DNA of 64,000 nucleotides from a virus, in IMG/VR virus record IMGVR_UViG_3300025096_000009, positions 1 to 64,000 of that record; one strand, given 5' to 3'. Positions 9,805 to 18,809 of the stretch are shown one piece after another; positions within the stretch are counted from its first letter, which is position 1; each line of letters starts with the position of its first letter. The notes under the pieces are model-generated. The model was not told the DNA's origin. It searched no databases and worked only from the letters and a program-made list of their open reading frames with translations. Both the position numbers and the translations under genes were made by a program.

Positions 9805-10286
9805 TCGAATGGCTTAAGGGCCTTACCTCGAAAGATCGGGAAGCCTTTTTAGCCTTTTGTAAAAGAACTCGAAGCCCAATTCAAATGTATCTGTATGCCC
9901 GATTTTTAGGGTTTACAGGAAGCATTGTGAGTTGCGATAAATGGGCTCAGAGAAAATTCAAAAGGCGTAACTTCAATGCAGTATTAGAAGTTGAGATTGA
10001 CTCAATGCAGCAAGATATTGCTAATTTGAGAGATGGAATTCAGATGGGTATGGTTAAACAAGATATGGGTACCGCCAGGATTGCCATGCTTCAAAAAGAA
10101 TTGAGAGGTACAATTAAACAGTTAAGTGATGAGAAGGTATTACTTGACAAACAAGGTTTAATTCTTGCTGGTGCGGATAGAGCATTACGTGAAATGTTAT
10201 CTATTTTTAGAGACGATCCTGTTGAAGGACCTTTATCAGAAGCCTCAATGGGTGTTTGGACAAAGATCTTACAAGAAGAATCTTAA
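9801..10286 (+). CDS. Putative terminase small subunit
   Basis: Helical 161-aa protein directly upstream of terL (position only). Confidence 0.4.
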   Translation: MIEWLKGLTSKDREAFLAFCKRTRSPIQMYLYARFLGFTGSIVSCDKWAQRKFKRRNFNAVLEVEIDSMQQDIANLRDGIQMGMVKQDMGTARIAMLQKELRGTIKQLSDEKVLLDKQGLILAGADRALREMLSIFRDDPVEGPLSEASMGVWTKILQEES

Positions 10287-10310
10287 AACTTATTACGCTA
10301 TGCTACGCCA

Positions 10311-11834
10311 ATGGCAGGTACAAGCATCTATAGCGTCTACAGACGTACTGCAAGAGCAGCTGCTAAACAGCAGATAGTTAAGAAAACTTCATCTGTTGAT
10401 GTTGATCGTGCTCGTGAAGACTTCGCATATTTTTGTGATGTAGTTGGTAATAAACCACCAGCTGAGCATCATAAACAGTGGCATGAATATCTATGCACAG
10501 GGGAAAGTAGTGGTTGCTTAATTAATATTGCCGGACCAAACATAGATATTCTTGCTCCAAGGGGATCAGCTAAATCTACTGTTCTTGGTTTATTCACGGC
10601 ATGGTCTATTGGTGTACATGCTTTAAGGAGAATGCCACTAAAGATTCTCTATATTTCATACACCGTAGATGTGGCGAGACCGAAGAGTGCTGCAATTAAA
10701 AGAATTATTGAAGAGAATAAGATATACAAAGAGATTTTCCCCACAGTAAAGATTGCTAAAGGGATTAACTCAAATGAGTATTGGAGTATTGATTGGAAAT
10801 TTGCAGGTATTCGATCAACTGGTGAGGAAGAATTTAGTGTTTGTTGTGCAGGTTTGAAAGGTGCAGTTACTTCGAAACGTTCACATCTATGTATTATTGA
10901 TGACGCGATTAAAAGTGCAGATGATATAAAGAATAGGGACATTCGTCAGGCTATGGAGGATAACTGGAATGCTGTCATTGTTCCAACGATGTTTGAAGGC
11001 GGTAGAGCGGTTTGTCTCGGAACTCGTTTCCGCCACGACGATATTCATAACAGCACTTTCACTCCTGCGAATGATTGGGTGCAGATTATTCAGTCTGCTA
11101 TTACAGTGGATTCGAACGGAGACGAGATCTCTTATTGGCCGGATATGTGGTCCTTGGATTACCTTCGTGACCGCAGGAGACAAGCGCCGGTTGCTTTTAG
11201 TTTTCAGTATCAGAATCAGATTGTTCAAACTAGTGAATTATCTCTTTCACCTGATTTAATTGTTAAGGGTTCTATTGCTACTCAATTTGATGCAATGGGA
11301 GTAGGAGTTGATTTATCAGCTGGTGTGAGAGAACAGAATGATTTTACTGTTTTCGTTATGGGAGGACGTATTGGAAATAAGATTCATATCATTGATTGTA
11401 AAAGATTGAGGATAATGGGGAACTTGGAGAAGTTAGAAAGTCTTATGGAAATGATGGAAGAATGGGGAGTTATTCATGGAGAAGGAAAGAATTATTTTGC
11501 TACTGGTAGTTCAGTTCATATTTGGTCAGAAGCTGTTGCCTATCAGGCTTCTTTAGAGGCTGACTTTAAACGAATATGTCAGGGAGAGCATGGTTTATAT
11601 AATATGATTTGGCATGCAGTCAAAGGATTTCGCGGGGACAAAGTTGCTCGCTTTAGGGGAATTATGGGTCTCTTTGAACAACGTCGAATTACTTTTAATA
11701 AGTATCGAAAGTTCACTCATTTGACAGATGAAATTGTAAATTTTGGAGTTAGTTCTCATGATGACTGTGTTGACGCATTGGTATGGCTATGCAATGGATT
11801 GATGTCTAAAGGAAAACTAGAGTTAGAGTATTGA
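10311..11834 (+). CDS. terL: Terminase large subunit
   Basis: Walker A APRGSAKST, Walker B CIIDD, coupling motif LGTR, nuclease acidic motifs GVDLS and HDDCVDA. Confidence 0.93.
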   Translation: MAGTSIYSVYRRTARAAAKQQIVKKTSSVDVDRAREDFAYFCDVVGNKPPAEHHKQWHEYLCTGESSGCLINIAGPNIDILAPRGSAKSTVLGLFTAWSIGVHALRRMPLKILYISYTVDVARPKSAAIKRIIEENKIYKEIFPTVKIAKGINSNEYWSIDWKFAGIRSTGEEEFSVCCAGLKGAVTSKRSHLCIIDDAIKSADDIKNRDIRQAMEDNWNAVIVPTMFEGGRAVCLGTRFRHDDIHNSTFTPANDWVQIIQSAITVDSNGDEISYWPDMWSLDYLRDRRRQAPVAFSFQYQNQIVQTSELSLSPDLIVKGSIATQFDAMGVGVDLSAGVREQNDFTVFVMGGRIGNKIHIIDCKRLRIMGNLEKLESLMEMMEEWGVIHGEGKNYFATGSSVHIWSEAVAYQASLEADFKRICQGEHGLYNMIWHAVKGFRGDKVARFRGIMGLFEQRRITFNKYRKFTHLTDEIVNFGVSSHDDCVDALVWLCNGLMSKGKLELEY

Positions 11835-11862
11835 CGATTTAAACTGGAAAGAACAACTTCCA

Positions 11863-12045
11863 ATGTCAAACAGCTATTACAACTTAGAAATCGAACAGGA
11901 CGCATATGGTTCTGTAGTCATTCCTCTCCCCGACGAACTTTGTCACGATATGGCGCTTCAGCCAAGTGAACGATTTGATGTCGAAGTTGATGATGATGTG
12001 ATCACTCTAAAAAGGTTGCATGCTGGTTATAACATTGACCAATAG
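11863..12045 (+). CDS. AbrB/MazE-type swapped-hairpin DNA-binding protein
   Basis: GSVVIPLPDELCHDMALQPSERFDVEVDDDVITLKR pattern. Confidence 0.65.
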   Translation: MSNSYYNLEIEQDAYGSVVIPLPDELCHDMALQPSERFDVEVDDDVITLKRLHAGYNIDQ

Positions 12046-12063
12046 ACAATTCGTTAAAAACTC

Positions 12064-14322
12064 ATGAGTGATACTGCTGTTAAATCTGGTCTCGACGCCA
12101 TTATTAAGTCGGTAGTAAATCGAGATGGTGGAGGAGAGGCCGACACGATGTTGGTTAATGCTCATCTTTCTCAAATGAAAATGTTTGGGATAAGACAAGG
12201 TGTTGAGTTCTATCCCGAGCAAGACAATTTTGGAACACAGAGATTTGATTTCGTTCAACAGGTTATAAAGTTCAACAAACTAGATGCAAGGCTTGATTCA
12301 ATATGGGATAGATTTTTAGCTTATGGAAAAGGACTTTTTTATATAAGACCTACTCAGAAAACTTATCGTCTCTACTGGTTTGATAAAGATTCATATAGAA
12401 CTTATTACACACCAGAAGGTGATTTAGAAGAGGTTGTTATCATATATCCCTATAAAGTTAAGTCTTCTAAGGGGTTTAAGGGTGTTGGGTTAAATACAGA
12501 TAAGCGTTATATGCGTTTACGGATTACTCCAGAAGAGATAGAAGAGTTTCATAGTGAGCAGGAGATAACTTTTGATAATGAAAATTTAGATTATTCCACC
12601 TTTGATAAGAAGGTTCATGAGAACAGCATGGAGTTTATTCCATGTGTTGAGGTCTTTAATAATCCAGACGCTTTTGGAACTGATGGTGCTGGCGAGTTTG
12701 AGTGGTTATCTAGTCAGATAATTGCTCATGATGAGATGGTAAAGAATATTCGTGCAAACTTATCATTCTTTGGTAATCCGACTCTCTTATCTTCACGTCC
12801 GAAGCAAGATATTATTGAACAAAATTCGGATGATGCAGCTCAAAGACCTAGCATTTCAAGTCAATCTGGTTTTCAATCAAACTTTGATCTTTCCAGTTCT
12901 ACTTTTAAACAAGATCCTACAACTAGACAACAACCAGGGTACATAGGGAAACCAGGTAGTGGTTACCGTGTGCCTAGAGTTATCGCCAACTTGGAGCCAA
13001 CAGACCGTGTTGGTTTTATTACTCCTAATGCTGTAGGAACTGATCAGGCTCGCTATGCAGAACAGTTAAGAAGTGAGATACGTCTTGCTTTAGGTGGTAT
13101 TGACGACTTAAGTATTACTAATGTAACTGCTACTGAGATTAAATCAGCTTATGGTCGTGTCAGTGCAACTGCCAAGAAGAAGTGTCTCCAGTTATATACC
13201 TATGGTGTTTGTAAGTGTTTTGAGCTAATGATTTTTCAGGAAGAACAAATCTTCCGTAAGTCTCTTGCTTATCAATCAGGAATTAAATATCCGATTCCTC
13301 CAGAGGATCCTGATGACGAAATTTTATATGAGAAGTATATAAAACAAAAAGAGAGATATGAAAACAAATTGCAGAAGGCTATTGATGCTGCTGTTGAGAC
13401 TAAAGAGATTCCAGATGGTGTTGTTGGATTAGCTCCAGATGGTGATAGGACAGTTAGTTGGCGTTGGATGGGGCCCGTTTATGAGGATACTGCTCAAGAT
13501 AAATTGAACCAATCTATCTTCACTAGGAACCTACAAGAATTGGGTGTTGATAGTATAGAAGCACTGAAGTATTTATTTCCTTCCAAAACCGACGACGAGA
13601 TTGCAGGTATGCTTTCTGGTTATCCGTTTAGAATGGTAGGAGAATTACAGCGGTCATATTCTCAACTTATTGACTTAGTCAATCAAGAAATGAGAACACC
13701 ACATCCACAGCAACCGAATTTACCGATGGCTGCGGATCCAAGATTGGACCTCACTCCATTCCTATACCGAACACTCGAATCATTACAGAAGGAAGTTACT
13801 TATGCAGGACGCTACCGTAGCGCCGACCCAATCGGCACCCCAAGTATCCCAGACCCAGCCGACCAGCTACGTGGCTCCAGCAGCCCAGTCAGCAGCCCAG
13901 GCTCCGGTAGTGGGAACATCTCCCCAATGGGTGGGGACCTCCCAGCCGATGGCGGCACCCGTGGCACAAGCGCCGGGCCAGACGGCAATTCCTTACCAGA
14001 ATTCAGTCCCTACAGCGTACAGCTCCCAGGTATCCCAGGCTCCCCAACAGCAGGAGAACCCATACAAGGAGGCGTTCAACAGAGTAGTGGGCGCCCTGAG
14101 TTCACCAGTCCAATTCCCGTTCCAGGGTCAACAGTCTCCTCAGACGCAAGTAATAGACCCGGCCAGTTACGCTTCCCAACAAACGACCCAGTTCGCCAGT
14201 CAGGTAGCTCCGACCTCTATGCCTGGGATCAGCAGCAACCAGGGATACTCGGCCAATTATTCCCAAACTTCAGCGGACAACCTGGAGATAACCGCAGACC
14301 AGCTCCTAAACAACGGCGTTAG
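12064..14322 (+). CDS. Portal protein with disordered C-terminal extension overprinted on the scaffold gene
   Basis: Position after terL, size, helical core with portal-like layout (FIPCVEVFNN, ATEIK); P/G/S-rich tail. Confidence 0.72.
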   Translation: MSDTAVKSGLDAIIKSVVNRDGGGEADTMLVNAHLSQMKMFGIRQGVEFYPEQDNFGTQRFDFVQQVIKFNKLDARLDSIWDRFLAYGKGLFYIRPTQKTYRLYWFDKDSYRTYYTPEGDLEEVVIIYPYKVKSSKGFKGVGLNTDKRYMRLRITPEEIEEFHSEQEITFDNENLDYSTFDKKVHENSMEFIPCVEVFNNPDAFGTDGAGEFEWLSSQIIAHDEMVKNIRANLSFFGNPTLLSSRPKQDIIEQNSDDAAQRPSISSQSGFQSNFDLSSSTFKQDPTTRQQPGYIGKPGSGYRVPRVIANLEPTDRVGFITPNAVGTDQARYAEQLRSEIRLALGGIDDLSITNVTATEIKSAYGRVSATAKKKCLQLYTYGVCKCFELMIFQEEQIFRKSLAYQSGIKYPIPPEDPDDEILYEKYIKQKERYENKLQKAIDAAVETKEIPDGVVGLAPDGDRTVSWRWMGPVYEDTAQDKLNQSIFTRNLQELGVDSIEALKYLFPSKTDDEIAGMLSGYPFRMVGELQRSYSQLIDLVNQEMRTPHPQQPNLPMAADPRLDLTPFLYRTLESLQKEVTYAGRYRSADPIGTPSIPDPADQLRGSSSPVSSPGSGSGNISPMGGDLPADGGTRGTSAGPDGNSLPEFSPYSVQLPGIPGSPTAGEPIQGGVQQSSGRPEFTSPIPVPGSTVSSDASNRPGQLRFPTNDPVRQSGSSDLYAWDQQQPGILGQLFPNFSGQPGDNRRPAPKQRR

Positions 14323-14848
14323 TCCTGAAAGTATTCAAGTAATTGATCATTTTGGTCCTGACACTGCAGGTATCCTTAATGACTATTCATGTCAACTAGA
14401 AGACGCAGTATCATCTACTCATGGTCAGTTAAATGAAGCAGCAGGTCTACTTCAAGAGCTCTCTCAAGAGCATAGGGTTTACGAAAGAATCCTTACTGAT
14501 CCTGATATTCTTGCTGATTACACTTGTGAGTTCTTCGGTGAAAATGGTCCTTATCCTGTTCCCACCCAGCAGTATGCAGCTCCTCATGGTCAGGCAGTAG
14601 GTCAACAGTTCGCTAATGCTCCTCAGGTTACTGGTCAGCCTAACGTTACTGGACAAGCTCCAGCAGCAGCTCCAACACGCCCTGAGATGCCTGTACCTCC
14701 ACAGCCTCAACAGCAAGGGAACCCAACTGATTTCTGGAATAACTTCGGAAGTGCAGCTGATAGAGACCCACAGAATGCATGGCGTTATTTAAATGCAGCT
14801 CAACAGAGTCCTGAGATCTTCCGCCAGAAGCTTCTGGTAATGGAGTGA
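13802..14848 (+). CDS. Putative capsid scaffolding protein
   Basis: Q/P/A-rich protein with helical core and short helical C-terminus, between portal and capsid; hairpin follows. Confidence 0.6.
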   Translation: MQDATVAPTQSAPQVSQTQPTSYVAPAAQSAAQAPVVGTSPQWVGTSQPMAAPVAQAPGQTAIPYQNSVPTAYSSQVSQAPQQQENPYKEAFNRVVGALSSPVQFPFQGQQSPQTQVIDPASYASQQTTQFASQVAPTSMPGISSNQGYSANYSQTSADNLEITADQLLNNGVSPESIQVIDHFGPDTAGILNDYSCQLEDAVSSTHGQLNEAAGLLQELSQEHRVYERILTDPDILADYTCEFFGENGPYPVPTQQYAAPHGQAVGQQFANAPQVTGQPNVTGQAPAAAPTRPEMPVPPQPQQQGNPTDFWNNFGSAADRDPQNAWRYLNAAQQSPEIFRQKLLVME

Positions 14849-14864
14849 TCGAATAACTAAATGA

Positions 14865-14894
14865 GGGGTAGATGTCTACCCCCTATTCATTTTT
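14865..14894 (+). terminator. Stem-loop after scaffold gene
   Basis: GGGGTAGA-TG-TCTACCCC inverted repeat followed by a T-rich tract. Confidence 0.45.
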
Positions 14895-14897
14895 ACA

Positions 14898-15302
14898 ATG
14901 GCAAAAAAGAAAGCTAGCGCACAAGATAAAGCAGATGCATTCCTTGCGGGGTTAGGCACAGCTGGAGGAGCAATTGGTGCGCCTGGGTTAGTTACCTTCG
15001 GTGCAGGAGATACGCAGCGTCAGTTGATGACTGGAACTATGGATAATAATTGGGCAGTAAAAGAACAACAGCTAGTTGAAGATGCTCCAATGCCTCAGAA
15101 TTTAGATGCTTCATATTTAAAATTAAATCTTCCAGGTTCACCTTTACCTATGAATGGTTTGTTATCTAACCAGAACCTCGATGCTAGTATTAGCAATCAG
15201 AAGATGTTTCTTGCACAATACCAAATGACGTTGGCACAGATGATGCCGCCAGCTGCATTTCAACAGCTCCCAATGGGCTATCCACCTCTTAAGAAAAAAT
15301 GA
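14898..15302 (+). CDS. Hypothetical head-associated protein
   Basis: ORF between scaffold and capsid; carries QDKADAFLAGLG motif. Confidence 0.55.
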   Translation: MAKKKASAQDKADAFLAGLGTAGGAIGAPGLVTFGAGDTQRQLMTGTMDNNWAVKEQQLVEDAPMPQNLDASYLKLNLPGSPLPMNGLLSNQNLDASISNQKMFLAQYQMTLAQMMPPAAFQQLPMGYPPLKKK

Positions 15303-15487
15303 GCAAAGCTAAGGCCGCAGAGGCAATCCAGAAGTCGGAAGACTATAAGAATATAATGATGGCTCTTGCTGCAGAACAAGAGGCTTCTCAGTCAGATTTA
15401 CAGCCTACAAATATTAATCCAAATCCAAAACCTGATGGACAAACAGTTGTACCTACAACTGGTTATTCACAGTACAACATGGTTTAG
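15299..15487 (+). CDS. Small hypothetical protein
   Basis: ATGA coupling with the upstream ORF. Confidence 0.5.
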   Translation: MSKAKAAEAIQKSEDYKNIMMALAAEQEASQSDLQPTNINPNPKPDGQTVVPTTGYSQYNMV

Positions 15488-15632
15488 TAGACGTAAAACT
15501 TATATAAGGCGGTTGATAAACTCATATTATAATTATCTCAATGGAATTATTCCAGATATAGAGAATTTACGTCCTCTTCTCGAGGATTTTGTTCTCAGAT
15601 ATCAGCAAACTACATAACGCTGAAAAACCCCA

Positions 15633-16778
15633 ATGTTTATTGACAATGATTTCCCGAAGCTGTTGGGTGCGGAACTATACCGTCCCCATCCAGCTTATAT
15701 AGTGGAAATGGCTGCAGAGCCAGTCGTCGTACACGACTTTACTAAGCAACCGGGTCAAACTGTTCAGCTAGATCGTTACCGTTTCTTCGGTAACCCTGGC
15801 ACGAAGACACAACGTGAGCGTACTCAGGATCAAACCATCGGTACAGCAAACAGTAGGTCTATCGTTAAGGACAAAGTACTTGTATCTCTTCGTGAGTATA
15901 CAGGTCCTGCTGACCCAAATAATAACGCTCTCCCTAGCACATTCAAAATTGCTCGTGAGACATTAATGACCGCTCAGCGTTTGCTGCTTGATACTGGGAA
16001 CCTTAATATGTTCCACCAGTCAATAGGTAGCCTTACGCTTCTTGATGACTACCGGAGATGGAGAGATAGAGTCTTCATTGACGAACTTTTCAAGACTGAA
16101 TCACGTGGTCAAAGTAGTGATTCACAAGGTGGATACTACTACCCTAATAACAAGGCTAAGACAAACTCAACTACTCTTACTGCTTATACAGCTACAGAGT
16201 ACGCTTCTGAGCGCTTTAAGTTCAATGTAAAAACTGACCTTCTAGAAGTTGTTAAGAGTCTACGTAAGCGTCACGTACCAGTTTTCGCAGATGGCTACTA
16301 TCGTTGCATAGCAGATCCTTCACTTATGAAAGATCTTCGTGCTGATCAAGGCTTCCGTGAAGTTGCACGTTACCCAGGAATGGGCGCTCCTAACCCTCTT
16401 ATGGGTGCACAAGCTCCTAACTCAGCTATCTACGGTGGCGGCCAATTCGGTCAGGCACAATTCGTAGCTGGAGAGCCAGTTATGCCATCAGGCTTCGTTT
16501 TTGAAGGTGTAAGATTCTTCGAATCTACAAACTTCCCAGGAAAAACTATCACGGTCGACATCGGTGATGGTAATGGAGCCGTTTCAAAAGACACTCCTGC
16601 AGGATTATTCTTCGGTCCTCAGGCAATCGGTGTAGGTATTGGTGGTCCAAATGCTCAAGTTCTAATTAATAACAACGATGACTTCTCAAGATTCATCATT
16701 CTTATTTGGCAGCTTTATGCTGGTTTTGCGAACTTGAATAAGGACTTCATCACTACAGCCTTCACTGTATCTGAGTAA
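15633..16778 (+). CDS. Major capsid protein
   Basis: 381 aa, after portal/scaffold; high-expression codon bias (ttc, tac, aac, cgt); HK97-like features (PGQTVQL, GFVFEGVRFFES, FFGPQAIG, NDDFSR); own TATAAT at 15528. Confidence 0.8.
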   Translation: MFIDNDFPKLLGAELYRPHPAYIVEMAAEPVVVHDFTKQPGQTVQLDRYRFFGNPGTKTQRERTQDQTIGTANSRSIVKDKVLVSLREYTGPADPNNNALPSTFKIARETLMTAQRLLLDTGNLNMFHQSIGSLTLLDDYRRWRDRVFIDELFKTESRGQSSDSQGGYYYPNNKAKTNSTTLTAYTATEYASERFKFNVKTDLLEVVKSLRKRHVPVFADGYYRCIADPSLMKDLRADQGFREVARYPGMGAPNPLMGAQAPNSAIYGGGQFGQAQFVAGEPVMPSGFVFEGVRFFESTNFPGKTITVDIGDGNGAVSKDTPAGLFFGPQAIGVGIGGPNAQVLINNNDDFSRFIILIWQLYAGFANLNKDFITTAFTVSE

Positions 16779-16793
16779 GGAGGTATTTAACTA

Positions 16794-17615
16794 ATGGCAA
16801 CTTACAAATCTAGCGCTGGAGCTATTCTTCAGCCAGGTAACCAGATCAATAGACTATCTGGTTATAACGACGAAGGCGTTTTCGGCCTTCCCGGTGTTGA
16901 AGCATTCGAACTTGTTGGTTATGCAAAAGTTACTAACGTAGCTGCTGACAAAGCCTCTTACAAGAGTTTTAGCATCACAGTACCTTCTCCTGATCGCCGT
17001 AGTGGCGATAGAGTTCGGAATGATCGTACTAGCCTTGTTGTACAAGCTAGTGCTGAGCGTCCAGCTTATGTTTATGGCGCTTCAATCGCTATAGGACAGG
17101 ATGTTCCTTCACTTGCTGCAGATCGCGCAGGCTTCCCTGCTGCACCTGTAACAGCTGATTTAGGAGCAACAAGTACTGAACTATTACTTCTAGGACCTGA
17201 TAACAGTGGTGCACCAATTGGTGTTCCAGCCACTCAACTATTAGGAAATGCTGCTGCTTCTAGTTCTATCACCGCTGCTTCTAGTGCTTTCGCTCAAGGA
17301 GCTTCTGACGTAACAACAGGCAACCTACCATTCTGGTCAAGCGTAACTAGCACAATTGCTGCTGCTGACGCTGCTGATTCCATGATGTATAAGGTTGTAG
17401 CAGATACCACATTTAAGGTATACAACGTAAACGCAATCACTAACACTTCTGTGACTGGTGACGGTGTTTATATTAGTGCTGACGACTCAACTGCTGGTCG
17501 CGCTGGCTACATTCTGTGCCGCGTGAACTATCTACGTCCTGCTGCTGGTGTTTCTTGGAATGATATTCAAGGCTATATCGACTTTGCTTCTCAGCTAGGC
17601 GGTAACGACGAGTAA
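16794..17615 (+). CDS. Putative capsid decoration/second major structural protein
   Basis: Strong RBS AAGGAGG, high-expression codons, Ala/Ser/Thr beta-rich, followed by terminator. Confidence 0.6.
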   Translation: MATYKSSAGAILQPGNQINRLSGYNDEGVFGLPGVEAFELVGYAKVTNVAADKASYKSFSITVPSPDRRSGDRVRNDRTSLVVQASAERPAYVYGASIAIGQDVPSLAADRAGFPAAPVTADLGATSTELLLLGPDNSGAPIGVPATQLLGNAAASSSITAASSAFAQGASDVTTGNLPFWSSVTSTIAAADAADSMMYKVVADTTFKVYNVNAITNTSVTGDGVYISADDSTAGRAGYILCRVNYLRPAAGVSWNDIQGYIDFASQLGGNDE

Positions 17616-17638
17616 TATCTTTTTAGATTAAAAGAATT

Positions 17639-17667
17639 AGGCGGGTCCTTGTGGCTCGCTTTTTTCT
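17639..17667 (+). terminator. Rho-independent terminator of the capsid operon
   Basis: AGGCGGGTC-CTTGT-GGCTCGCTT followed by a T run. Confidence 0.7.
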
Positions 17668-17699
17668 TGTCTATACTCTTTATATCTAGTTTCTCCTCT

Positions 17700-17792
17700 A
17701 TGATCTCCTTAGCTCTTGCTCTAATAATTGGAATTACTATTCTCTTTTGGATTTTGATTAATGATAATTCCCATCCGAATCACCCTGCGTGA
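17700..17792 (+). CDS. 30-aa single-TM microprotein
   Basis: Hand translation MISLALALIIGITILFWILINDNSHPNHPA; TATACT upstream. Confidence 0.45.
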   Translation: MISLALALIIGITILFWILINDNSHPNHPA

Positions 17793-17847
17793 TGTTGAAA
17801 GCAAGGGTTTACTTTGGTAAGCTAATCAGAGACTAACAAATCGTTTT

Positions 17848-18288
17848 ATGTTGTACCAGTACAGAGTCACAGGTGGTCTTGTGGAAGTCATATCAAAACA
17901 TGGCGATGGGATCATGATGTGTCTTGATGCCCAAGATGAAGTTCTTTACGTAGACGAGGGAGATTTAACTCCCCATTTAGATGCTACTAATGAGAAGTTG
18001 CGTACAGAAGAGAGGCTTACTGCAGAGTTAGCAGCTGAAGGAGTAAAGCCTGCTAAGTTAACTACGCGAGAGACATTCCCAGTCGATGTACGTGTCAATA
18101 TTAATAATGCTTCTGCACGTCAAATTGCGGATGCATTACCTGGAGTTGGTCTTAAAACAGCTAGGGACATCAAAGATCTTCAAACTTCTCAGTCTGGAGA
18201 AAAGTTCCAAAAACTAGAGCAGTTGAGAAATATTAAAAGAGTAGATTGGGATCAGATTTTCAAAGAGAACTTAGTCCGAGTAGACTGA
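17848..18288 (+). CDS. Helix-hairpin-helix (ComEA-like) DNA-binding protein
   Basis: VNINNASARQIADALPGVGLKTARDI...FQKLEQLRNI. Confidence 0.75.
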   Translation: MLYQYRVTGGLVEVISKHGDGIMMCLDAQDEVLYVDEGDLTPHLDATNEKLRTEERLTAELAAEGVKPAKLTTRETFPVDVRVNINNASARQIADALPGVGLKTARDIKDLQTSQSGEKFQKLEQLRNIKRVDWDQIFKENLVRVD

Positions 18289-18314
18289 TACTAGGCTCGT
18301 TTTAATGTTGATTA

Positions 18315-18794
18315 ATGAAGCTTGATACATATGTACAATCTAAAGTCCGTTGGCATTTAGGTTATAACTTAACTTCGGTCCCTGCTGGTGACCAAGCACG
18401 TCTTGAAGAAGCAATGAATAATGTTCAAGACTCCTTTTGGTATGACAAAATTGTTGAGCAGATAGGTCGTTGTGACGAAGCTGAAAAGCGTACCGATATG
18501 ACTGGTAGTGTCAATAATGATTCAGTACCAAAAAGTCGTATTGAAAGTATTTTGGGTGACGTTGACCGTACAATTTCGACATCTGATTTCAAGGATACAT
18601 TAAAGACTTGGACACAGATTTATTTATATGAAACAGATCGTTTAGCATTACACTTATATGTTCCTAATTATAGGAATCCAGAGCAAGCTCGATATCGTTT
18701 TAATCGAGAAGGTGCTGAATTTATTCAGGCTTTACCTGGACCAGCAGATGTTGCTGTTGGTACAAGGATTGTTCTTGAAACCTCTCATCGTTAA
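18315..18794 (+). CDS. Putative head-tail adaptor/connector
   Basis: Helical 159-aa protein after head genes, KVRWHLGY N-terminus (position-based). Confidence 0.4.
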   Translation: MKLDTYVQSKVRWHLGYNLTSVPAGDQARLEEAMNNVQDSFWYDKIVEQIGRCDEAEKRTDMTGSVNNDSVPKSRIESILGDVDRTISTSDFKDTLKTWTQIYLYETDRLALHLYVPNYRNPEQARYRFNREGAEFIQALPGPADVAVGTRIVLETSHR

Positions 18795-18809
18795 AGGAGA
18801 TTTTTAATC

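Noticed and set aside
10649-11228. Antisense ORFs inside terL (and similar ones at 2076, 9062, 9217, 26451, 50228, 59617)
   Set aside because: Shadow frames of real genes or repeats, without RBS or protein-like features
15366-15617. 83-aa ORF before the capsid gene
   Set aside because: Spans another gene, the -10 box and the structured leader; TTG start
17848-18288. PsbU call for the HhH protein
   Set aside because: No thylakoid signal peptide; generic ComEA-like HhH fits better
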